The notes under the pieces were generated by a model. It saw nothing but the letters and a program-made list of their open reading frames with translations, had not been told where the DNA came from and made no database searches. From Alphaproteobacteria bacterium (GTDB lineage Bacteria; Pseudomonadota; Alphaproteobacteria; UBA828), in contig CAXXVO010000004.1 in the NCBI GenBank assembly GCA_963422645.2, positions 576,001-640,000 on the forward strand: a stretch of 64,000 nucleotides of DNA, written 5' to 3'. This document shows, piece by piece, positions 53,921-63,222 of the stretch. The first letter of the stretch is position 1. Each line of letters starts with the position of its first letter. Position numbers and translations under genes: made by a program.

Positions 53921-54830
53921 CGGTCTCGTCGGCGCAGCCCTCCAACTCGATCTGCACCGTGACATGGCGGATGTCGAAGCGGTCCGCGAGGCGCTCCTGA
54001 ATCGCGGCGACGGCCGAATCCGGATTGGTGCCCTCGGTGACGCGGGCGTGGAGCGTGAGCAGCGAGCGCTCCTGCGAGAGCGACCAGGCGTGGACGTGAT
54101 GCACGTCTTCGACGACGGTGACGTGGGAGACCAGATCGCGGCCGATGTCGCGAACGTCCAGCGCGGCAGGCACCCCTTCGAGCAGGACGTGCGCCGCATC
54201 CTTCACCAGGAACCAGGCGCTCCGCAGCACCAGCAGGCCGACCAGGATTGAGAGGATCGGGTCGATCGGCATCCAGCCGGTGGTCATGATGACCAGCGCT
54301 GCGCCGATCGCCGCCACCGAGCCGAGCATGTCGCCCCACACGTGGAGGAGCGCGCCCCGCACGTTGAGGTTGTTGCGGTCGGCACCATGGAGCACGGCGA
54401 AGGCCGCAATGTTGATGGCCAACCCCAGCCCCGCCACCGCCAGCATGGGGCCGGCCAGCACCTCCGTCGGGTTCAGCAGCCGGTCGGCGGCTTCGCTGAA
54501 GATCCAGATGATGATGAAGACGAGGCTGATGCCGTTGGTGAAGGCGGCGAGGACGGGGAAGCGGTGATAGCCGTAGGTGCGTGCCGCGTCGGCGGGGCGC
54601 CGGCTCAGCCTGAAGGCGAGCCAGGCGAAGAGCAGGGAGACCGAGTCGGTCAGCATGTGCGCGGCATCGGCCAGCAGCGCGAGCGAGCCCGAGAGCACGC
54701 CGCCGATCACCTCGGCGATCATGAAGCCCGCGGTCAGCAGCAGCGCCCAGAAGATGCGGGTGGCGTTGTTGCCGTGCGTGTGGTGGACGTGCGCGTGGCC
54801 GGCGTGGTCGTGGTGAGAGCCGGTCATCAC
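53904..54830 (-). CDS. CDF-family Zn/Co/Cd efflux transporter (CzcD/ZitB-like)
   Basis: SLALLADAAHMLTD, NVRGALLHVWGD, VHHVHAW, HVTVQIE; His-rich N-terminus. Confidence 0.92.
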   Translation of the reverse strand: MMTGSHHDHAGHAHVHHTHGNNATRIFWALLLTAGFMIAEVIGGVLSGSLALLADAAHMLTDSVSLLFAWLAFRLSRRPADAARTYGYHRFPVLAAFTNGISLVFIIIWIFSEAADRLLNPTEVLAGPMLAVAGLGLAINIAAFAVLHGADRNNLNVRGALLHVWGDMLGSVAAIGAALVIMTTGWMPIDPILSILVGLLVLRSAWFLVKDAAHVLLEGVPAALDVRDIGRDLVSHVTVVEDVHHVHAWSLSQERSLLTLHARVTEGTNPDSAVAAIQERLADRFDIRHVTVQIELEGCADETVTVSG

Positions 54831-54959
54831 TGCGAAACCAGCAAATGGTCTGCCGAAGGCACCTGACGATCTCCTTTCGTCAGAACTGGGACAGTCTATT
54901 GCAAAGGGGGCGTGACGGGCCGCGCATTCCCGCGATCTGCCGCTGCCGTTGCGGGCAAC

Positions 54960-56009
54960 TCAGCCGAGCGGTGTGTTGAGAAAAGCGATGAACGACACCA
55001 ACCCTACGAGGGTGACCAGGGCGGCGCCCGCGTAGTTCATGCCGTGGCGCAGCACGTTCGTTCCTCCACCGCCCGAGCGCTCCATGACTCTCATCGCGGC
55101 TTGTCTGGCGAGGATGGCGCCGACCCCCAGCACGCAGATGGTCGAGCCAATGCCGAGCGACATCGCCGCGACCAGCAGGGAGCCGGGAACGATCATGTCG
55201 TTGGCCACTGCGTAGAGCATGATCAGCACGGCGCCAGGGCAGGGGACCATGCCGGCCGCGAGCGCCAGAATGCCGCCTTCCGCCTTGGCGCCGTGGCTGT
55301 GGCCATGGTGATGGCCGTGGTCGTGATGGTGGGGGTGGCTGTGATGGTGAGGCGGGCTGTGCCCGTGGCTGTGATCATGACTGTGCCCGTGCCCTTGGCC
55401 GCGTGCGCCGCCTGAGCGCGCCCTCAGCGAGGCACGAACGGCCCGGTAGAGCATGTGGAGGCCGATGCCGACGATGATGAGGAAGCTCGCGGCGCGCACG
55501 CCCGGCACGTCCGATAGCCCGAGGCCGAAGCCGCCGCGCAGCACGAGGTCGGCGAGCCAGACGATGACGACGGCGGCGATGACGTGGACGATGGCGATCT
55601 GCACGGCCATGACCACGCCGCGCATGACCCGTGCCTCCCGCCCGAGGAAGTAGGAGACGACCACGAACTTCCCGTGCCCTGGCCCGAACGCATGGACGGC
55701 GCCGTAGGCGAACGCGACCGCAAGGGCCAGAAGGAAGGTGCCGAGGTTCTCGCCCCGCTCGATGGCGTTCATGTGGAGGGCCACCTCGGCATTGGCGCGG
55801 CGCTGGAAGTCCATCAGGAAGTCGGTCAAACCCTCGAACAGGCCGCCGTCTTCCTCGACGATCTCGACCTCGACCGGGGCAGGCGCTGCGGCGTCGGTCT
55901 GCGAGAGCGCGAGCGGTGCCGTGAACAGGGTCGTCAGGAGCAGCACGCACACCAGGCCCAGCAGCGCGATGGGTCTGCGGAGACGGCGTCTGCGGGGCCA
56001 ATGCCTCAT
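54960..56009 (-). CDS. RcnA/NiCoT-family nickel/cobalt transporter
   Basis: HAFGPGHGK, His-rich loop, GMVPCPGA. Confidence 0.88.
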   Translation of the reverse strand: MRHWPRRRRLRRPIALLGLVCVLLLTTLFTAPLALSQTDAAAPAPVEVEIVEEDGGLFEGLTDFLMDFQRRANAEVALHMNAIERGENLGTFLLALAVAFAYGAVHAFGPGHGKFVVVSYFLGREARVMRGVVMAVQIAIVHVIAAVVIVWLADLVLRGGFGLGLSDVPGVRAASFLIIVGIGLHMLYRAVRASLRARSGGARGQGHGHSHDHSHGHSPPHHHSHPHHHDHGHHHGHSHGAKAEGGILALAAGMVPCPGAVLIMLYAVANDMIVPGSLLVAAMSLGIGSTICVLGVGAILARQAAMRVMERSGGGGTNVLRHGMNYAGAALVTLVGLVSFIAFLNTPLG

Positions 56010-56015
56010 CGCGCT

Positions 56016-56606
56016 TTACCCCTCGCACGCCAGCGTGACCGGCTGGGGATGGCCGGATTGCGCGCCCTTGCCGCGTGCGATGCGGAACTTGCATCCCGGC
56101 GTCATCTCGCCGCTAACCAGCAGGAAGGGCGCATCGGAAAAGCTGAAGTCCACAAAATTCTCGCGATCGAAGAGGCTGACGCTCACCGGCTCTACCTTCG
56201 GATCGAGGGTCGGCGTAACGCCTACGGAAAACTCGTAGACGAGTTGCGCCTGCTCGATCCGCGCCGCAAAGCGATCCACGTTGTGGACCTGCTGTTTTTC
56301 CTCCCCCAACCAGATGTGAACGAAATAGTCGGCGGGCGAGAGCGGGTCGAAGGTCTCGGCGCGCAGGTGCCTGACTTCAAGAGAATTGAGCGTTCCATCC
56401 CCGTCCAGATCGTAGGTTTGGATGGTATGGGCGCTGTAGAAGTCGTCGAACGCCCAAGAAAACGCCAAGCCGCTGACACGCTGATCGTCGAACGCGACGG
56501 TGAGCGTGGTCTCGACCCACACATCCGGATTTGCGCGCGCCTCGGCTGCTGCCAGCAGTGGGATCAGCGCGAGAGCCAACGCCCATGGCCTGACGATCGC
56601 CGTCAT
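56016..56606 (-). CDS. DUF1007-like periplasmic protein
   Basis: Signal peptide; (N)PDVWV, W.FDDFYS, DLDGDGTL; usual partner upstream of RcnA-like genes. Confidence 0.75.
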   Translation of the reverse strand: MTAIVRPWALALALIPLLAAAEARANPDVWVETTLTVAFDDQRVSGLAFSWAFDDFYSAHTIQTYDLDGDGTLNSLEVRHLRAETFDPLSPADYFVHIWLGEEKQQVHNVDRFAARIEQAQLVYEFSVGVTPTLDPKVEPVSVSLFDRENFVDFSFSDAPFLLVSGEMTPGCKFRIARGKGAQSGHPQPVTLACEG

Positions 56607-56714
56607 GGTCGAAATTTATGACATGTCGTTTGACATGTCAATGAGACTGCGCGCAGGGAATGCGCTGCCGCGCTGCCCTCCTGCGGCTGAAGGGAAGAGG
56701 TGCCCAGTGTGCGT

Positions 56715-56861
56715 TAGAGCGTTTCCGTTCAAACGGAAACGCTCTCGCATTGTATCGCTCACGGCGGCCGGCCTGCGGCCGGGGCCTCCGCGAGGGCGCC
56801 GCTGACGCGGCGGGCCGCGGTCGCGGCCTAACGCGCGTCCGTCAAAAACGGACGCGCGTTA
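56715..56861. repeat. ~145-bp double-hairpin repeat, copy 3
   Basis: AGAGCGTTTCCGT-TCAA-ACGGAAACGCTCT ... TAACGCGCGTCCGT-CAAAA-ACGGACGCGCGTTA; end overlaps the gntR TAA. Confidence 0.85.
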
Positions 56862-57605
56862 GGAGCTGAGGTCCACAGGCCCGAGGGAGATCTGCGCGGG
56901 CGAGTCGGTCAGTGCCTCCATCACCTTCCTCTGGCTGCCGCGCAGCGCGTGCTCGGTCAGCTCCGCAGCCCGCTCACCGTCGCCCTCGATCAGCGCCTCG
57001 ACCAGGTCGTCGTGGAAGTGGTGGAACTCGTGCTCCCGCCGCTGCAAGGCGAGGCCCAGGTGCACGATGCGCTCGTGCTGTTCCATGAGGCCGACGACCA
57101 GGGTGACCAGGCGCTGGTTGCCGGAGCTCTCCGCAACATAGCGATGGAACTCGCGATTGGCCCGCAGGTAGGCCGCCTGGCCGGCCTTGTCGCCTTCCGG
57201 ATAGGTCGCGTGCGCGGCCTCGTTCAGCGCGCGCAGGCGCTCGGCATCCACCTTGCCGGCGGCGAGCCTCACGGCAGTGACGTCGAGCACGAGGCGGAGC
57301 TGGAAGATCTCCTGAATGTCGCGCAGCGTGACCGGGGAAACCGCGTTGCCCTGCCGCCCGCGCGAGACGATCAGCCCTTCCTGACGCAGGCGCATCATGG
57401 CGCTGCGGATGGGCGCCTTGCTCATGCCGTAGCGGGCGACGAGCAAGCCCTCGGAAATCTCCTCGCCCGGCTGCAGGGCGCAGGAGATGATCTCGTCCTT
57501 GATGGTCGCGTAGGCGATATCGTTCAGGTTCGGCTCGGCCCTTCGCGTGCTTTCGTTCAGCGGTTCAGAAGGTTGCGGGGCGGCACGATGCTTGGTGGAT
57601 GGCAT
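56859..57605 (-). CDS. GntR/FadR (FCD) family transcriptional regulator
   Basis: AYATIKDEI...L.PGE.ISE..L..RYGMSKAPIRSA wHTH; N.EFH...SGN FCD domain. Confidence 0.9.
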   Translation of the reverse strand: MPSTKHRAAPQPSEPLNESTRRAEPNLNDIAYATIKDEIISCALQPGEEISEGLLVARYGMSKAPIRSAMMRLRQEGLIVSRGRQGNAVSPVTLRDIQEIFQLRLVLDVTAVRLAAGKVDAERLRALNEAAHATYPEGDKAGQAAYLRANREFHRYVAESSGNQRLVTLVVGLMEQHERIVHLGLALQRREHEFHHFHDDLVEALIEGDGERAAELTEHALRGSQRKVMEALTDSPAQISLGPVDLSS

Positions 57606-57786
57606 GGATCGTCGGGTCCTTGCCGGCTCCTGCCGGCGGAGGCGGCCGTGCGGCGCGCCGCTGCTGCCCGAACCTAGCGCAAGTGTCTGCCGCTCGCGAG
57701 GGCCGGTACAATTGGGCGCGTGCGCCGCGGCGAATCGACGAGGGACGAGCGTGTCGCCACCGCTTCGCGCACGCAAATGCTGCAAG

Positions 57787-57810
57787 CATATCTGTTTAGA
57801 TATGTATAAT
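57787..57810. promoter_or_regulatory. Candidate GntR operator plus -10 box of a divergent promoter
   Basis: Palindrome CATATCT-GTTT-AGATATG immediately followed by TATAAT. Confidence 0.5.
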
Positions 57811-57897
57811 ACAGTATAGAATCAGACTTCCTGACCTCTGCTGATTTTAGGTGACACGAGCCGCGCGGATTCCGAGGCCCCGTCGATGTCGTAGACT

Positions 57898-58920
57898 CAG
57901 ACTTCCTGACCTCGTGATGCTGGCTGTTCTGGGCAGCGTGCCGGGAACTCCTTGAATTCTGATACATTTCGGTTGTTTCAGGCGGTTTTTCGCTGGGTGT
58001 CGCGCCCGAGGTCTGATATTATAATTTGATACCAATTGCACGGTCTCAACCATGCCCAGTACCCTCCCAATGTGCCCTCCAGAGGCGGTCTCGATCGGCA
58101 ACAGCTGCTTCGCCGTCCTGATCTCGGACGACACCTTCACCTACTTTTCCAACCTCATTCCCTTTGACAGCCACGCCGCCGATGACCGCACGGCCATGCT
58201 CTTGCGGATCGGCCGCCTCGCGGCGATCAGCGCGGTCTCGCCGCAGGAACTGGCTGACGCTTTCGCTGTCTCGCGCGCGACGGTGCAGCGCGCACGACGG
58301 CGCTACCTGGCCGAGGGCGAAGCGGGGTTCATGAAGCCCCGGCGCGGTCGCGGGCCGTCGGTGTTCACTCCGGAGTTGGCGGAGAAGGCGACGGCGTTGC
58401 TGGCATCGGGCCTGAGCGGCTCTGCGGCGGCCCGGGTTCTCGGCGTGTCAGCGCCATCGGTCAACAAGTGGCGCCGTCAGGGACTGATCGGCAACACGGA
58501 GGCGGATGGGGAGCCCGGACGCTCAGCGCTGGCTGCGCCGCCTGACGCGGGTGCGGCTCCTGAAGGCCGTGTCGATGAAGAGAGTACCGGTGCCCCGGGG
58601 CCGGAGACGGCGCCGGGGCTGGAAGCGCAGCCGCAAACGGATCGCAGCGCGCGCGATCGGCGGGACCGGCAGGCGCCGATGGGGCGTGCGACTTGCGATG
58701 TTCCGGCTCGGGTTCTGGCCAGTTGTGGCCTCCTGCGGGTCCACATTCTTGGCCTCGCAAACGACGCCTGCGACCGTTGGATCGATGCGGTTCTGAGCGA
58801 CCTGAACGCCACCGAAACGGTCTTCCCCGGCACCCGTCTGCGCATAGTCTACGACATCGACGGGGCCTCGGAATCCGCGCGGCTCGTGTCACCTAAAATC
58901 AGCAGAGGTCAGGAAGTCTG
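57898..58920 (+). mobile_element. IS-X copy 4: mini-element (1023 bp, 289-aa ORF 58052-58921) nested in copy 3
   Basis: Both IRs; 5-bp TSD AGACT at 57893-57897 and 58921-58925; same deletion junction as copy 2. Confidence 0.94.
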
Positions 58921-60143
58921 AGACTATGCGCAGACGGGTGCCGGGGAAGACCGTTTCGGTGGCGTTCAGGTCGCTCAGAACCGCATCGATCCAACGGTCG
59001 CAGGCGTCGTTTGCGAGGCCAAGAATGTGGACCCGCAGGAGGCCATTGCCAGGATCCGGCAGGATGTCGGCATCGGCGGTGAGCAGCGCTTGAAGCAGTT
59101 TCCGGGGATGGGGCTTGTGGCCCTGCGCCTGCATGACGGGAAGCATCATGCGGGTTTCGGCGCGGTAGGCGATCATCCGGATGACGTCGAGGAGGAGGCG
59201 CTCGCGCGCGGGCAAGGCATCGAGCTGCTCGGCTTCGTCGAGGTCGCCGGCCCGGCAGTGCTTGGGCGTCTCCCTGCGGCTGGCCCTGACGATGTCGCGG
59301 ACATCCTGGAGGTCCCTGACTTCCCTCCTGAGTTCCGCCGTCGGCTGCTTCTTCCGGGCCGTGTCGGCGATGCGGTTGCGCAGGCGGCCAAGCTGGCGGT
59401 CGAGGCGATGGATTGCCTTGTCATAGGCCCGCCGCAGCGGGTTGACGACCATGGCGGCGGGATCGAGAGGCTCGAGCTCGTGGGTCGGCAGGGCGTCGAG
59501 ATTGAACTCGTCACGCATGTACTTGAAGAAGTTCTCCTGCGACCAGCGCGAGAACATGGCGCCCGCAACCTCAGCCATCGGCTTGTGCGGATCGGTGGTG
59601 ATCAGCGGCACCTGACGGCCGTTGTCGAGCAGGCGGCGGATCTGGCGCACCCTGAAGCCGTTCGGCAACGTCACCGGCTTCTCAGCCAGCCGCATGGTGG
59701 CGCTGCCGTCCGCCGCCGGTCCGTGAATGGGAACGGTCATCGCGCCGAAGTCCTCGGCCGGCCAGTCCTCGCCCCTGAAGTTCTTGTGCCAGGTCAGGCA
59801 GGCGACGCCGCGCCTCGCCAGCCGGCGGAACAGATCCGGGCTCCAGCCCTCGCGGTCGAAGACCAGGGTGAGCGCCGGCTGGCCGGGATGCTCGGCGGTC
59901 AGGTCCGGCGCCCCGGCGCCAACGATCCCAAGCTCCTGCAGTGTCAATCGGCTTTCAATACTGACCCCCGATCGGCGTGCAAAATTGACCCCCCTGAGTG
60001 GCACGGCGGAGGTTGTCCCGGTAGCCAATAGGGGGGACCCGCGCGGCTTCGTGTGGCGCCCTGCGCTACGCGGAGCGAAGCCGCGTGGGGGGTCCCTGTT
60101 GGCCCACCGGGGCAACCGGGCCGCAAGGGAGGCCGGCGGCGGG

Positions 60144-60872
60144 TCAGGAGCGGTTCTTGAAGCGCCAGCTCTCGTTGCCGGTCTCGATGATCTCGCAATG
60201 ATGGGTGAGGCGATCGAGCAGCGCTGTGGTCATCTTGGGGTCGCCGAAGACGGATGGCCATTCGCCGAAGGCGAGGTTTGTGGTGATGACGATCGAGGTG
60301 CGCTCGTAGAGCCGGCTCATCAGATGGAAGAGCAGCTGCCCACCGGCCTGGGCGAAGGGCAGGTAGCCGAGCTCGTCGAGGATGACGAAGTCGCGGCGGA
60401 CGAGCTGGTCTGCAGTGCGGCCCTGGCGTCCGGCGCGAAGCTCGGCCTCGAGGAGGTTGACCAGGTCGACGACGTTGTAGCACCGGCCGCGCGCGCCCTT
60501 GCGGATGCAGGACCGCGCGATGGCGACGGCGAGATGGGTCTTGCCGGTACCGGTGCCGCCGACCAGCACGATGTTGCGTTTGCCCTCGAGGAAGCCGCCG
60601 CCGGCGAGCTCCTGGATCAGGGGCTCGTTGACCGGCGAGGCGGCGAAGTCGAAGTCGGCCAGCTCCTTGACCGTCGGCAGCTTGGCGGAGGCCATCTGGT
60701 ACTTGATCGAGCGGGCCCTCTTGTCGGCGATCTCGACCTGCAGCAGCGTACCGATGATCTGTTGCACCGGATGGCGGCGCTTGAGCCCGTCGGCAAGGAT
60801 GTCGTCGTAAGCGGCGCGCATACCTGCGAGCTTCAGCTGGGTCATCATCTCCAGCACATCATGACGCTCCAT
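60144..60872 (-). CDS. istB: IS21 helper ATPase
   Basis: [33 protein letters not shown]. Confidence 0.95.
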   Translation of the reverse strand: MERHDVLEMMTQLKLAGMRAAYDDILADGLKRRHPVQQIIGTLLQVEIADKRARSIKYQMASAKLPTVKELADFDFAASPVNEPLIQELAGGGFLEGKRNIVLVGGTGTGKTHLAVAIARSCIRKGARGRCYNVVDLVNLLEAELRAGRQGRTADQLVRRDFVILDELGYLPFAQAGGQLLFHLMSRLYERTSIVITTNLAFGEWPSVFGDPKMTTALLDRLTHHCEIIETGNESWRFKNRS

Positions 60873-62373
60873 GACCGGCCTCCCTCAGGCTGTCGTAGCG
60901 CTGACAGTCGGCTACCGGCTTGTGGCGAAGCTGCAGGCCCTCGGGCGTCGGGATGATTGCCGGCGGTGCCGGCTGGCGCTGCCGGGCGAGGATGTTGAGC
61001 ACCACGTCGGCGCTGCAGGCACCGCAGTCGAGCGTCTCGGCACAGGCCGCCTCAACCGCCTCCAGTCCGTCCTCCAGCACCGCCGCGAGCACCTTGACGA
61101 ACTGCCGGTCGCCGTCGTCGTGGCCCGCGAGCCGGGTTCGCAGGCGGCCGAGCGCGTTGGGCAACTGCCAGTCCTTGAAGGGCGCGCCATTGCGTAGCGC
61201 GCCGGGCTTCCGCGTCAGGATCGGCACGTAATGCCACGGATCGTAGACGAACCGGCCGCGCCCGAAGCTGCGGGGGTGCTCGGCAACGGTCTCGCCGTCC
61301 TGGCGGATGACGATCCGATCGGCATAGGCCCGCACGTCCACCGGCCGGCCGACGGCGCGGGCCGCGACGCTGTACTGGTTGTTGTCGAAGCGCACCAGAC
61401 AGGTCTTCGAGACCGACACCTCGCTGGCATGGAAGCCGTCGAAGGGGCCGCGATACGCCATCAGGAAGGGCTGCTCCTCCTCGAACACCTGCCACACCGT
61501 CTTGCCCGGGATTGTCGGATGCGGATGCTTCTTGGCGTCCTCGATGCACCGATCCATCAGCCACTCGTTGATCTCGGCGTAGGAGCGGCCCCGCGGGATG
61601 GGCACGAACAGGCGGCCGCGAAGGTCACCCACCTGCTTCTCGACCTGCCCCTTCTCCCAGCCAGCCCCTGGCGTGCACGCCACAGGCTCCACCAGATGGT
61701 GCGAGCACAGCTCCTGGAAGCGGCGGTTGTAGTCCCGCTTCTTGCCCACGAAGATCGTGCTCACCGCCGTCTTCATGTTGTCGTAGATGCCCCGCCGGCA
61801 GACCCCGCCGAAGAAGCGGAAGGCACGCTCGTGCGCCTCGAAGACCATCTCCTGGCTCTCGCGGGGAAAGATCTGGACCAGATACATCCGGCTGTGGCAC
61901 AGCCGCATGTGCGCCGCCTTCACCCTGGTCGTCGCGCCCGACAGACGCGCGTACTCGTGGCTCCAGTCGAACTGGTAGGCCTCGCCGGGATCGAAGATCA
62001 GCGGCACATAGGCCTGCGCCGGCGACAACAGCCGCCACCGGCGCCGCCAGGCCCTGGCATAGCGGCGAACCGCGTCATAGCCGCCCTTGTAGCCCAGCGA
62101 CACAAGGTCTTCATGAATCCGCAGAAGAGACAGCCGATCCTTGCGTGCCTTCTTCTCGTTGGCCTTCAGCTGGCGCTCAAGCTCCTCCACCCACAGCCCA
62201 AGCTTCGGCATCGGCTGGATCTTGCGCTCGTAGCTGTGCGAGGTCGCATCGCCCCGCACCACCTTGCGTATCGTGTTCTTGGAAACCCTCAAATCCCGGG
62301 CGAGCTTCTTGATCGGAACGCCCTTCACCAGATGATCCCGACGGATCTTCGCGATCGTTTCCACAACCAGCAT
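60859..62373 (-). CDS. istA: IS21 transposase
   Basis: [37 protein letters not shown]. Confidence 0.95.
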   Translation of the reverse strand: MLVVETIAKIRRDHLVKGVPIKKLARDLRVSKNTIRKVVRGDATSHSYERKIQPMPKLGLWVEELERQLKANEKKARKDRLSLLRIHEDLVSLGYKGGYDAVRRYARAWRRRWRLLSPAQAYVPLIFDPGEAYQFDWSHEYARLSGATTRVKAAHMRLCHSRMYLVQIFPRESQEMVFEAHERAFRFFGGVCRRGIYDNMKTAVSTIFVGKKRDYNRRFQELCSHHLVEPVACTPGAGWEKGQVEKQVGDLRGRLFVPIPRGRSYAEINEWLMDRCIEDAKKHPHPTIPGKTVWQVFEEEQPFLMAYRGPFDGFHASEVSVSKTCLVRFDNNQYSVAARAVGRPVDVRAYADRIVIRQDGETVAEHPRSFGRGRFVYDPWHYVPILTRKPGALRNGAPFKDWQLPNALGRLRTRLAGHDDGDRQFVKVLAAVLEDGLEAVEAACAETLDCGACSADVVLNILARQRQPAPPAIIPTPEGLQLRHKPVADCQRYDSLREAGHGAS

Positions 62374-63222
62374 CTCCCCCACCACCCCGTCCGTCCAAAC
62401 GACGAGGTGTGTTCATGGACACAAATCCAAGGGGGTCAATTTTGGACGCCGATCACCCCCAATAGGGGGTCACTTTTCCACGCTTAACAACACTCCTGCA
62501 GCGCCGGCACCACGTCGGCTTCGATGGCCGCGACCATCTTCGGGTCCAGCGGCTTGTGCAGACAGAGCAGCGGCTTGCCGCCCAGAGCGTTGATCCAGTA
62601 GCTGGCGCTCGCCGGCAGGCACAGCTTCTCGCGCGAGACGAAGTGCTTGGGCAAGCGCCCCTTGCGGCCGGAGTAGACCTTGACGTGCCCGTCGATGGCC
62701 AGCGTCGCCCAGAGCTCCGGCTCGTCGGCCTGCCAGCGCCTGGCAAGGGCGAGCTGCCACGCCCGCACGCCGGCCTCGTCGTCGGCGATGAGAGCGATCT
62801 TGCGGCGCAGCGTCTTGACCTCGGGGCAGCGATCGAGGCCGAGAATGGCGCCCCATTCGCCCGGCGCCTGGTAGCGCAGGCTCTCGGGGTTGCGCACCCG
62901 CGCCAAGGTCATGAAGGCCAGGAAGAGCAGGATCGTAGGCAAGCCGTAATAGCCCTTCGGCAGCAATGGCAGGAGACCGGTCTCGGAGAGAAGACCTTCC
63001 TTCAGCAGGGCCGGCAGGGCGGCGAGCACGCCGCCGAAGCGGACACCGCGGGCGGCGGCGGCGAACTGCGGTTCGACCGGCCCCGCCTGTCCACAACTGG
63101 CCAGAACCCGAGCCGGAACATCGCAAGTCGCACGCCCCATCGGCGCCTGCCGGTCCCGCCGATCGCGCGCGCTGCGATCCGTTTGCGGCTGCGCTTCCAG
63201 CCCCGGCGCCGTCTCCGGCCCC

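Larger units (their letters stand above)
59942..62492 (-). mobile_element. IS21-family element (2551 bp) nested in IS-X copy 3
   Basis: TG...CA ends with repeated TGACCCCC subterminal motifs; CTCCTGCAG duplicated at 59933-59941 and 62493-62501. Confidence 0.93.
57823..63222 (-). mobile_element. IS-X copy 3: full-length type, interrupted by three insertions; left end outside window
   Basis: Right IR at 57823 (flank AGAAT); segments 57823-57897, 58921-59941 and 62493-63222 are the reverse complement of copy 1. Confidence 0.92.

Noticed and set aside
58889-60115. 408-aa ORF as a separate gene
   Set aside because: It is a chimera of the IS21 end, the interrupted IS-X copy 3 transposase and the mini-element IR.
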